The notes beneath the pieces were generated by a model. It was given only the letters and a program-made list of their open reading frames with translations. It made no database searches and was not told the origin of the DNA. Shown here piece by piece: positions 27,378 to 35,424 of a stretch of 64,000 nucleotides of DNA (the first letter of the stretch is position 1; each line of letters starts with the position of its first letter). The stretch comes from Candidatus Bathyarchaeia archaeon. GTDB taxonomy: Archaea > Thermoproteota > Bathyarchaeia > 40CM-2-53-6. The stretch covers positions 15,151 to 79,150 of the forward strand of contig JBEKSC010000011.1 in assembly GCA_049517415.1 (NCBI GenBank). The letters run 5' to 3'. Both the position numbers and the translations under genes were made by a program.

Positions 27378-28856
27378 TTGAAGACAAGAGTAACTCTCAG
27401 AAGGCGATTGAATGCCTTTGACACTACAAACCTTGTGGTTGGCGCAACTATAGGTGCCGACATCTATGTGGCCGCGGCTCTCTGTGCGAAACTTCTAGGG
27501 CCCACATCTATTCTAATTTGGTTAATTGGCGGTGTGATGGCGACTGTTGTAGCGCTGTCGTTCGGATATTGTGCCGCTATCTTCCCGAGAGTTGGAGGAC
27601 CATATGTGTACGCGAAAGAAGCGGCTGGACAGTTTAGCGGGTTTATGGTGGGGTGGGCTCTCGTGCTCGCTGAATGGTTCTCTCTAGCCGTCTTCCCTGT
27701 AGCTTTTCTTCAGTACTTCCTTGCGTTCGTTCCGAACCTAGACTCAGTAACCCAAATCCTACTCAAAGGCGCGTTCATGCTGATCATTTTCGTAACTAAT
27801 GTGATTGGCGTGAGGGAGGCGAGTAAGTTCAATGATTTCTTGACCATTGCTAAAGTGACACCTCTGCTTCTACTCATGTGTTTGGGAGGTGTATTTCTCG
27901 CATTACAACCGCAGATGATATCCTCGCGTTTCCAAGCTTTTCCTGACGGTAATTTACAAAATGTTGGCCAAGTGTTGGTGATAGTCTTCTGGGCGTATGC
28001 AGGTTTTGAGTTGTCCACTCTTCCGGCGAATGAGATTCAAGATGCAAAGAAGACAATTCCGCGGGCACTGACGATTGGGATGCTCATTGCTGCTTTGATC
28101 TACATGGCTACTAACTTTGTAGTAATTGGTGTCGTAGATCAACATACTTTAGCTTTATCACAAGCACCATTGGTTGTTGCAGCTGCGAATATCCTCAGTT
28201 TCTCGCCTGTTTTGGCATGGATTGGGAGTCTTGTAGTAGGTGTTGGCGCGCTGATTTCGATTATGGGCGCTGATGAGTCAGGGACGATGGGGACGTCACG
28301 ATTGACTTTCGCCATGTCAATTGACGGGTATCTTCCTCAAGCCTTCAGCAGATTGCAGAAATCATACCACACGCCTTACATTGGGTTAGCTGTACTATGT
28401 TCAACAGCCTTCATCGCGAGCCTTGTCAACTCGCTATCTGCATTGGTGAACAGCTCTGTCTTCCTTTTGTCACTCGCATATCTCGCAACCGGCATCTCGG
28501 CTCTCATTCTGGAGAGAAGACATCTAAGATCCTCACCTAAGGGGTTGTGGACTATACTCGTTCCAGCGCTGACCGTTATTTTCTCAATTGTAATGATGAC
28601 ACAAGTATCCAGACAGCAGACCTTGATCTCACTGGCACTCATTGCTGTCGGCGTTCCAGTGTATACATTCTTCGCTCCGAAGAAAGAGTTGTATGAAATG
28701 AGGGAAGCTTACTTATCGGAGGAAGCAATCCTCGAAAGAGCCTACCACCAAGAAGAGACATTCATGGCATACGTGTTGCGACACATCAAGTTGCTCATCT
28801 ACAGAATCAGAGGAATCGAAACGGCTTGGACCATTCAAGAAGAACCTGAAAGCTGA
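27378..28856 (+). CDS. APC family amino acid permease
   Basis: GATIGADIY, PRVGGPYVY, FWAYAGFE, SRLTFAMS..G.LP; ~12 TMs. Confidence 0.93.
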   Translation: MKTRVTLRRRLNAFDTTNLVVGATIGADIYVAAALCAKLLGPTSILIWLIGGVMATVVALSFGYCAAIFPRVGGPYVYAKEAAGQFSGFMVGWALVLAEWFSLAVFPVAFLQYFLAFVPNLDSVTQILLKGAFMLIIFVTNVIGVREASKFNDFLTIAKVTPLLLLMCLGGVFLALQPQMISSRFQAFPDGNLQNVGQVLVIVFWAYAGFELSTLPANEIQDAKKTIPRALTIGMLIAALIYMATNFVVIGVVDQHTLALSQAPLVVAAANILSFSPVLAWIGSLVVGVGALISIMGADESGTMGTSRLTFAMSIDGYLPQAFSRLQKSYHTPYIGLAVLCSTAFIASLVNSLSALVNSSVFLLSLAYLATGISALILERRHLRSSPKGLWTILVPALTVIFSIVMMTQVSRQQTLISLALIAVGVPVYTFFAPKKELYEMREAYLSEEAILERAYHQEETFMAYVLRHIKLLIYRIRGIETAWTIQEEPES

Positions 28857-29070
28857 CAACACCCATATCCTCCTCTTCCTATTGAGATGGGTGCAATACA
28901 GTGCAATACCTTCGTGAATACTTGTGAGGTCAAGTAATCAAATGGTAAAGTGGCATCCAATCAGCAACTCGGAGAATTCAATGTGAACATCTTATAGCAG
29001 GGTAAGCACCGATTTGGGTAATTGCTTTCTTGGGAGCCTGTGACCCAAGGCGTAGAAGGTGAGTGGACCA

Positions 29071-29238
29071 TCATCCATTACTCTTCATCTTAGCCTTCTT
29101 GAATTCTCCGTATTCTTGAAATGAATCAAACCCTGCATCCAAAAGCTCTTGTAGATTCTGTAGAGCCTCTTCATTAAGCGTAGTCTTCATGATTTCCAAC
29201 GTTTTCTGCATTACCTGTCTTGCCTCTTCCTCATTCAT
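29071..29238 (-). CDS. 55-aa helical microprotein (not in ORF track)
   Basis: MNEEEARQVMQKTLEIMKTTLNEEALQNLQELLDAGFDSFQEYGEFKKAKMKSNG; GGTGA RBS. Confidence 0.6.
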   Translation of the reverse strand: MNEEEARQVMQKTLEIMKTTLNEEALQNLQELLDAGFDSFQEYGEFKKAKMKSNG

Positions 29239-29535
29239 CTAATGATTCACCCAATCTTCCTGCATCTATCTTGAGATTCTTTACAGCTATGACCAACGGT
29301 ACTTAGTGAATAAGTCTATTCTTGTCGGAAATTAGGGTGGGTCATTACTTTGTGTATGCGCACCATTGATGCACACGCTGGCTGACGACTACTCGCGGCG
29401 GGTCAAATTACGACTGCCGCAACAACGATGATACGGGAAATCGAAAAGATTAGGCAGATATTTGCAATTAAATGAGAGAAAAGAGGATGAGCACAATCCG
29501 TGCTCAGTCTAGTCGGTTTAGTTTCGACGCTCGGA

Positions 29536-29697
29536 TCAGCGGTAGTACGGATACGAACCGTAGCCGTACCAAGGGGAGTTATAGTTCCCTCCATAGTATG
29601 GATAACCATACGAACCGTAGCCGTAACCGTACGAGGGAGCGAATAGATAGTCCGATATGTGACCGTAATAATTGCCTCCAATAACTACATATGACAT
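29536..29697 (-). CDS. Tyr/Gly-rich 53-aa peptide (not in ORF track)
   Basis: MSYVVIGGNYYGHISDYLFAPSYGYGYGSYGYPYYGGNYNSPWYGYGSYPYYR; GGAGGTGA RBS; 21 nt downstream of RHH gene. Confidence 0.8.
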   Translation of the reverse strand: MSYVVIGGNYYGHISDYLFAPSYGYGYGSYGYPYYGGNYNSPWYGYGSYPYYR

Positions 29698-29718
29698 TTC
29701 TTACTTCACCTCCCCTTC

Positions 29719-29886
29719 TTACGTCCCAGGAATTTCAAGTTTCGACCAATCCTTGGCTAGCCAGTCATTGACAGCTTCCTCTATCGCGCCGCTGAGGTCT
29801 CCTTTCTTGCCTCCAAGTCTCTTCACAATTGCAAGTCGCAGTCGGCGCTCAACGCCATCCGAGAGCACTACGTAGATTCTTCCCAA
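29719..29886 (-). CDS. Ribbon-helix-helix protein, paralog A (55 aa; not in ORF track)
   Basis: MGRIYVVLSDGVERRLRLAIVKRLGGKKGDLSGAIEEAVNDWL; TTG start; clear paralog of 30175-30429. Confidence 0.85.
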   Translation of the reverse strand: MGRIYVVLSDGVERRLRLAIVKRLGGKKGDLSGAIEEAVNDWLAKDWSKLEIPGT

Positions 29887-29923
29887 AGATTATCTGGCCG
29901 CACTGTATATGCGCAAAGCACGA

Positions 29924-29942
29924 TATAAACTTATATATTTAT
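29924..29942. promoter_or_regulatory. 19-bp AT-rich site upstream of RHH-A (promoter/operator)
   Basis: TATAAACTTATATATTTAT; exact reverse complement at 30472-30490. Confidence 0.6.
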
Positions 29943-30174
29943 CCATGTAGCTATATAACTGCGATTAATTTCAGTAGGTCTTGGGAGGAAATTTAGAATG
30001 CGTGTACACATCGGGCCTTTTGGGATCATGCTCATTGTTCTCATTCTTTGTTTGATTCTTCGGTAGAACTGAAGCTTCTTCGCGGTTACGGGCGATTCCC
30101 AAAACTACTCAGAGATACTGCGGTTCCAGAAATACGTGAAGAAGGGATTTGCGCCTACAAGTAAATAGAATGAC

Positions 30175-30429
30175 TTAGGGCATGCCAGAATCATTAGGGG
30201 ACCCATGAGTTCCCTGAGAAGCACGGGATCTGCCTGGCCTCTTTTCATGCAGCTGCTCGCGTACCCATTTGGTAATGTCGGCTTCTGTAGCATGTTTCTC
30301 CAACCATTCTTTGATAGCCACCTCGATAGCACTGCTTAGGTCGCCCTTCTTTCCGCCGAGAATTGTGACAACGGCCAGTCGGAGTCTGCGTTCCGTTTCA
30401 TCAGAAAGAACTATGTACATCTTACCCAA
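30175..30429 (-). CDS. Ribbon-helix-helix protein, paralog B
   Basis: MGKMYIVLSDETERRLRLAVVTILGGKKGDLSSAIEVAIKEWL: beta-strand + two helices. Confidence 0.85.
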   Translation of the reverse strand: MGKMYIVLSDETERRLRLAVVTILGGKKGDLSSAIEVAIKEWLEKHATEADITKWVREQLHEKRPGRSRASQGTHGSPNDSGMP

Positions 30430-30471
30430 AGTCTACACCCCTGAACGAAGGCCACGTTCAGCATTAACGAT

Positions 30472-30490
30472 ATAAATATATAAGTTTATA
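30472..30490. promoter_or_regulatory. 19-bp AT-rich site in divergent promoter of RHH-B and the membrane-protein operon
   Basis: ATAAATATATAAGTTTATA, inverted copy of 29924-29942. Confidence 0.6.
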
Positions 30491-30504
30491 AACACGATTC
30501 AACT

Positions 30505-30789
30505 ATGGTAAATCTTGACTTGATTGATATGCGCAAGGTCTATTCTATGATAGCGCCTTTACTTGGCGTAAGTCTGTTTCGAATCCTTAACGAAATAGGT
30601 GTAAATCAGAGTGCAAGTTCCATGGTTAGTTCCGCGTACGCGTGGCTGCTGACCCTGAACCCAATCGTTCTGATAATCCTAGGCGTAATCGTATTCATTG
30701 CGGGCAAGCTAGCGAAATGGATCGGCGTCATAATGATTATCGTCGGAATAATCTTCCTAGCCCTGCCGTACCTATTGCACCTCATTTAG
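30505..30789 (+). CDS. Small membrane protein
   Basis: C-terminal hydrophobic hairpin; start uncertain. Confidence 0.65.
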   Translation: MVNLDLIDMRKVYSMIAPLLGVSLFRILNEIGVNQSASSMVSSAYAWLLTLNPIVLIILGVIVFIAGKLAKWIGVIMIIVGIIFLALPYLLHLI

Positions 30790-30809
30790 AATCTAAAAGT
30801 GGATTCTTG

Positions 30810-31127
30810 ATGGCTAAAGCTTCCTTGGGGAAGCTTGCGTACCTTCTCGCATTAATCGGCGGAGTAATCCTTGTAATCCAAGGGCTCCTAAGTTTTGTGG
30901 GAATGGCTTTCATGATGTTCATGCCCTCGGTGCTTGGGTCTGTGGGTGGAGCCTTTTGGGGAATCATTGAAATCATCCTCGGAATCGTTGCCATCTACGG
31001 CTCTAAACGTGCTACCGACCTCACTTGGGATATTATTCTCATAGTCGTAGGCGTAATCGGAGGCGGCCTTGGTGGCATACTCATACTCATCGGCGGCATA
31101 GTCGGCTTAGCATCAAAGTACGTCTAA
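30810..31127 (+). CDS. Small Gly-rich multi-TM membrane protein
   Basis: MAKASLGK start 20 nt after the previous stop; 3-4 TMs. Confidence 0.75.
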   Translation: MAKASLGKLAYLLALIGGVILVIQGLLSFVGMAFMMFMPSVLGSVGGAFWGIIEIILGIVAIYGSKRATDLTWDIILIVVGVIGGGLGGILILIGGIVGLASKYV

Positions 31128-31154
31128 AATGATATCACGTGAGGTGAATCATTA

Positions 31155-31307
31155 ATGGATCTATTAGTGGCCATAATAGTGGTTATCGTGATCCTCTGGC
31201 TACTGGGGTTCATTGCTGGTATCGGCGGAGGTCTAATCCACATATTGCTCATTATCGCAGTCATAGTGATAATAGTTAGACTACTTCAAGGACGTCGTAT
31301 ATTGTAA
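31155..31307 (+). CDS. lmo0937-family (DUF5670) small membrane protein (not in ORF track)
   Basis: MDLLVAIIVVIVILWLLGFIAGIGGGLIHILLIIAVIVIIVRLLQGRRIL; GAGGTGA RBS. Confidence 0.88.
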   Translation: MDLLVAIIVVIVILWLLGFIAGIGGGLIHILLIIAVIVIIVRLLQGRRIL

Positions 31308-31321
31308 TAGAAGCCCTTGCT

Positions 31322-31540
31322 ATGAGTTATTCGAATAATTACTGCGACCAGTGCGGCGCCAACCTGGAACCCCAGTTCCAGTTCCATGAGAACCAGCCCA
31401 TGCTATTCTACTGCCTTCAGTGCAAAGCCCCTAGAACCGTCGTGCCCACAGAACATAAGCAGCGAACCGACTACGCATTGGCTGATTGTCCCATATGCGG
31501 TTCAAAAATGAGCACGTACGAAGCGAACCCTTCAGGATAG
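31322..31540 (+). CDS. Zinc-ribbon microprotein with three CxxC motifs
   Basis: CDQC, CLQC, CPIC. Confidence 0.75.
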   Translation: MSYSNNYCDQCGANLEPQFQFHENQPMLFYCLQCKAPRTVVPTEHKQRTDYALADCPICGSKMSTYEANPSG

Positions 31541-31578
31541 AAAAGACCTGAAAAAGAGATTCAAGGGGTGATTCCAAA

Positions 31579-31698
31579 ATGGCGAAGAAAAGTAGAGGAG
31601 GAAGAATGACTGCGGCTAAGAGGCGTGCCGCTAAGTCAACTGGTGGACGCGGTCCCGTGAGAAAACGTCGAGCAGGTCGAAACATCATGAGGACTTAA
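31579..31698 (+). CDS. 39-aa highly basic peptide (not in ORF track)
   Basis: MAKKSRGGRMTAAKRRAAKSTGGRGPVRKRRAGRNIMRT; GGGGTGA RBS at normal spacing. Confidence 0.72.
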   Translation: MAKKSRGGRMTAAKRRAAKSTGGRGPVRKRRAGRNIMRT

Positions 31699-31797
31699 GA
31701 GTAAAGGAGCAGGTGAACCTGCTAGACCTCCTCAGCCAGGTAAAGTACGTTTAGCTCACAAGGAGCTAATCTTCCTCATCGCGGATAGAAGTTGTCT

Positions 31798-32262
31798 TCA
31801 GAATAGTATCGATGCAAGAAGGAGAAGGAATGCTAAACCTACGGCGAGGCCAGTGAAGAATCCTGCCACATGGCGAAACGGGTGGCCAAAGAGAACACCA
31901 GTCAACGTCGTGCGCACACCGCTCAAGTAATCCGCCAGTGGAACCAGCATACTCAGAAAAACAATCCACCAAGCATATCGACCAAGCATTCCTACAACCT
32001 CCGGACTGAACGAAACATTGGCCCCACCAATGCCGATTAGCCCGATTGCAACACCAAACACGAGACCGAATACCACTGCCATGGAGATCTTCAACACAAA
32101 CAGACCCTGACCATCCTCTCCCTCCCTTCTCACTATTAATTGTAATACTGCGGCGGCTACAAACGCAATGATTGCAGTAGTAGAGTAAGGTAACGGTACC
32201 TCTTCGTCACCTACACCTTCCTGTCCGACGTTTATTCTGAAAGATTCAACGGCCTGATTCAT
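31798..32262 (-). CDS. Four-TM membrane protein
   Basis: Hydrophobic segments; start uncertain. Confidence 0.65.
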   Translation of the reverse strand: MNQAVESFRINVGQEGVGDEEVPLPYSTTAIIAFVAAAVLQLIVRREGEDGQGLFVLKISMAVVFGLVFGVAIGLIGIGGANVSFSPEVVGMLGRYAWWIVFLSMLVPLADYLSGVRTTLTGVLFGHPFRHVAGFFTGLAVGLAFLLLLASILF

Positions 32263-32283
32263 CGACTTGTGTAGAAACCCTTA

Positions 32284-32829
32284 TTGGAGCAAGCCTCTTG
32301 TTTTACCAGCCGAAAGATTTTGTCAGCTCAAGTGAAACAAGACATTAAGATTAAACCGAGTCTTGTGCCGTTCGTTTGGAAGGGGTTTTTGGTAGTGTTG
32401 TTGGGTCTCGTGGTTTTGGGTGTGAGCTTTCTTTTCAAGTCTTCACTTTCATCTGCCGGTTCTCTCCTCGGGTATGTGGCGTTGGGACTGATTGGCTTAG
32501 GTGTCTTGGGTATGTTGATTGGCCTTGTTCTTAGGAACGCGTTTACGTATTTGATTACTGATTCTGATGTTGTTGTGAAGAGGCAGTTGTTGCGTCGTAG
32601 TGTTCGGCGCATTCCCTTCGCGTCTATTAGTGATGTGCAGGTTTCGCAGAGTATTGTGGGTAGATTGGCGAAGTATGGGGACGTTGTTCCCGTGACAAAG
32701 AGTGGCTACGGCTTAGTTCGCGGGACGGAGCCAGGTGAAAAGATAGTCGCAGAAATGACCGGCGTCCCGAACCCGGACAAGGTAGCTGATTTGATAATGT
32801 CCAGATTACACGCCAGCAAAGTCACTTAG
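32284..32829 (+). CDS. Membrane-flanked bacterial PH-domain (bPH_2-like) protein
   Basis: Two TMs, then YLIT...IPFASISDVQVSQSIVGRL.KYGDV...VPNP. Confidence 0.82.
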   Translation: MEQASCFTSRKILSAQVKQDIKIKPSLVPFVWKGFLVVLLGLVVLGVSFLFKSSLSSAGSLLGYVALGLIGLGVLGMLIGLVLRNAFTYLITDSDVVVKRQLLRRSVRRIPFASISDVQVSQSIVGRLAKYGDVVPVTKSGYGLVRGTEPGEKIVAEMTGVPNPDKVADLIMSRLHASKVT

Positions 32830-33074
32830 CACCCGCGACCTTTCGATTATTGGCGGCGAGTAAAGGGTACACGCATGACCTCCGAATCATGATCCATGAG
32901 TTGCTCGTTATCGCAGTGAAACAGGACCAGTCATACGGCCCTTCCTCTCTTATTCGCCATTCCCCGGGGTCTCACGTATGACCTAAAACGAATCCAATCG
33001 CTACATAATGAGTCGCGTTGGTGGGCAGCCTTATGTTACACCACCACTACTATCACCACTACTGGCAAAATGAA

Positions 33075-33236
33075 ATGACTTTGATGAAATGCACCAACTG
33101 CGGCTACGTTCAAAACTACGCCGGCCGTCGCAATCTGACCTACACGTGCACCAACTGCAAACGCTCAGACATCGACCAACGCGAAGCCGCTAGCGCCTTC
33201 CTGAAAGTGAAGCGGAAGGAGGCGAAAAAAGAATGA
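33075..33236 (+). CDS. Zinc-ribbon microprotein
   Basis: CTNC...CTNC; ATGA overlap with the next gene. Confidence 0.7.
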   Translation: MTLMKCTNCGYVQNYAGRRNLTYTCTNCKRSDIDQREAASAFLKVKRKEAKKE

Positions 33237-33589
33237 CAATGTCGTACTATCAGCCTCCTAAACAATACTACAACTATCAGCCGCCTACCCAGTATTATCA
33301 ACCGCCTGCTCAGTACTATCAGCAGCCTACTCAGTACTATCAGCCGCCTACCCAGTATTACCAGCCACCTGCTCAGTACTATCAACCGCCCACCCAATAC
33401 TATCAGCCACCCACCGAGATGTACTCCTATCAGCCGCCTACCCAGTCCTACTATCAGCCAGCTACCCAGTACTACAATTATCAGGCACCTACCCAATACT
33501 ACAACTATCAGCCCCCGAGCGAGATGTACTCCTACCAGCCTGCTGCTCAGAAATACTCGTATCAACCACAAGCATACAGGGTCCAGTGA
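33233..33589 (+). CDS. Tyr/Gln/Pro tandem-repeat protein (YYQPPTQ)n
   Basis: ~14 heptad/nonad units with synonymous codon variation; AAGGAGG RBS. Confidence 0.82.
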   Translation: MTMSYYQPPKQYYNYQPPTQYYQPPAQYYQQPTQYYQPPTQYYQPPAQYYQPPTQYYQPPTEMYSYQPPTQSYYQPATQYYNYQAPTQYYNYQPPSEMYSYQPAAQKYSYQPQAYRVQ

Positions 33590-33824
33590 CAGCTCTCTAG
33601 GCGTACTTTCTCACGCCTTTCCAGATAGCCCGAACCTTCTTTTTTCCCAAACGAAGCGGCTACCATTGATTTGAACTCCCCGACAGCTTCGTGATAACTG
33701 ATTGAATCAATTACCGTAGGTCTACGCACTCCCTTAACTCAGAATTGGGTTTAGAGAATTCATGAGAAGCGCAGTTCCAACGTACTTTACGATCCGGTGA
33801 TCTGTTCGAGGCGAAAAGACGGTT

Positions 33825-33841
33825 TGGTGCGGAGAGTGGGA
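33825..33841 (-). repeat. tRNA-Leu-like 3' end remnant (att-like), copy 2
   Basis: Minus strand TCCCAC-TCTCCGC-A-CCA; same orientation as 22605-22632. Confidence 0.45.
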
Positions 33842-33948
33842 CATTCGCCGGTTTTTTTGGCCGGGATTCGGACCCAGTGGGTTTTTCTAATTCGATTTGG
33901 AGCGAGCGTTTTCATATCGGGTCGATATCTCATTTATTCGTGAGACCC

Positions 33949-34224
33949 ATGCGCGAGAAAAACAGTTTTCGGAAGAGGACTCTACTGACGAAAATTGAAA
34001 ACTTAATTGCCAAGAGGGAAGCGGAAAAAAACAACCTGTCATATGAGGAATACAAATTAGACGCACAATACATTCAAGGCTACATTGCAGGCTTGGAGGA
34101 AGCGCGACGAATAATGAAAGGCCTTCCGTCGGGCGGTTGGCGTCCATCCGCGGTTCATCAACGGCTTGTCGAGAAGAAGGAGAAGAATCTCGGACTTCTT
34201 CCTAACCGCAACCGCCTTCAATGA
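33949..34224 (+). CDS. Hypothetical helical protein
   Basis: Open frame with YIQGYIAGLEEA segment; likely start MREKN. Confidence 0.55.
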   Translation: MREKNSFRKRTLLTKIENLIAKREAEKNNLSYEEYKLDAQYIQGYIAGLEEARRIMKGLPSGGWRPSAVHQRLVEKKEKNLGLLPNRNRLQ

Positions 34225-34253
34225 TAATTCCTAACAAGAAGAACACTTTCTCA

Positions 34254-34676
34254 CTACTTCGCTTCCGTATGCTCTGACGAACCGCATCTAGGGCAGGTGA
34301 GCTTGGGTTTGCTTTGCTTGCTTTCTCCCCGCTTGACCCACTCGCTTTGAAGGCCCTCTAATCCGCAGTTTTGACATATGAGCAATATGGGGTGGGCCAG
34401 GTCGAGATGCGTCTCCATCTCTTTCTCATGTGCCAACACAGCTGTGCTGCCAAATTGCATCGTGATCTTCTTGGCTTCCTTGCCGCCAACTAGAACAGTG
34501 TCTGTTCTGTCTGTTACATGTGTTCGTATTGTTTTGTCTCCGCGCTTTTTCTTGGTCTTGCCCCTAGCGGGGGTTAGGCCAATGCTTCCCCTTTTCGCTT
34601 CGCCTTCAAGCAAGGTTAGGTCAAACTCAACCTTCTTTCTTCTCTTGCGGCCTACCTTACTTTCCTTCCATCCCAA
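34254..34676 (-). CDS. Basic protein with C-terminal zinc ribbon
   Basis: K/R-rich N-terminus; CQNCG...CPRCGS. Confidence 0.65.
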   Translation of the reverse strand: MGWKESKVGRKRRKKVEFDLTLLEGEAKRGSIGLTPARGKTKKKRGDKTIRTHVTDRTDTVLVGGKEAKKITMQFGSTAVLAHEKEMETHLDLAHPILLICQNCGLEGLQSEWVKRGESKQSKPKLTCPRCGSSEHTEAK

Positions 34677-34962
34677 GATTGTTCAACGACTATTACGCAA
34701 ACAGAGTAAATTTAGATTCCGGCATAGGATCCGACGCTCCAATGTAGATTTAGAGAAGTGAGACAGAAGTTAGTCTGCGAAGTCTCAGTGTAAGTTGTAA
34801 GGCATAGGTGGAGATCTGACATGCGTCTCTTTCTAAATGAAGATCGAATCTACCGAACCTCCAGGTGTGATCCTGCTTTCCCTGCAAACCTTCAGCAATT
34901 GTTACGTGAGTATTGATCATAGACAGAGATAACGAGAAAAAAATAGAGAGGCGGCGAGGAAG

Positions 34963-35244
34963 TTACTTTACCGGTATCCTCTTGCCGCGGGGTTTTGTCT
35001 TGAAAGGTAGGTTAAGTGTTAGTAGGCCGCTAGCGAATCTTGCTTTAGCCTTTTTCGGGTCTACCTCATGCGCTAGGGTATAGCCGCTTGAGTATTCGAA
35101 GTCTTCTCTGGGAGCCTCAACGCAGAAATCATCACTGCTCACATCGACGGCCACATTTTCTTTCTTCACACCTGGAAGTTCAACTTGGATCGTGAATTCT
35201 TTGTCATCGTGATATGCGGACCAGAAGTTTGGAACGACCTTCAC
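34963..35244 (-). CDS. Small heat shock protein Hsp20
   Basis: ELPGVKKENV, AKARFASGLLTLNLP, C-terminal IPV motif. Confidence 0.9.
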   Translation of the reverse strand: MKVVPNFWSAYHDDKEFTIQVELPGVKKENVAVDVSSDDFCVEAPREDFEYSSGYTLAHEVDPKKAKARFASGLLTLNLPFKTKPRGKRIPVK

Positions 35245-35424
35245 CTTTTCTTAGCCAAGCAACCACACCTCCTTTTCTCTATTCACTCCTAGTGTTCATG
35301 TTCGCCTTCAGACTCTAATGTTCAACTGATACTTATCGTGTTTTTTTTATCGGGCTGCTGTTCAACCATAGGAGTTTTCTATTGGGTCTGAATTATATGA
35401 GTCCCGCCTAGGAGGTAATCAGCG

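Noticed and set aside
28891..28909. GTGCAATAC direct repeat as an integrase arm site
   Set aside because: Only two 9-bp copies and no integrase nearby
29403..29684. Track ORFs of 92 aa (-) and 70 aa (+)
   Set aside because: Shadow frames of the RBS-supported Tyr/Gly peptide
33240..33570. Tandem repeats as a CRISPR array
   Set aside because: 21/27-nt in-frame units with no unique spacers; coding repeat; no cas genes
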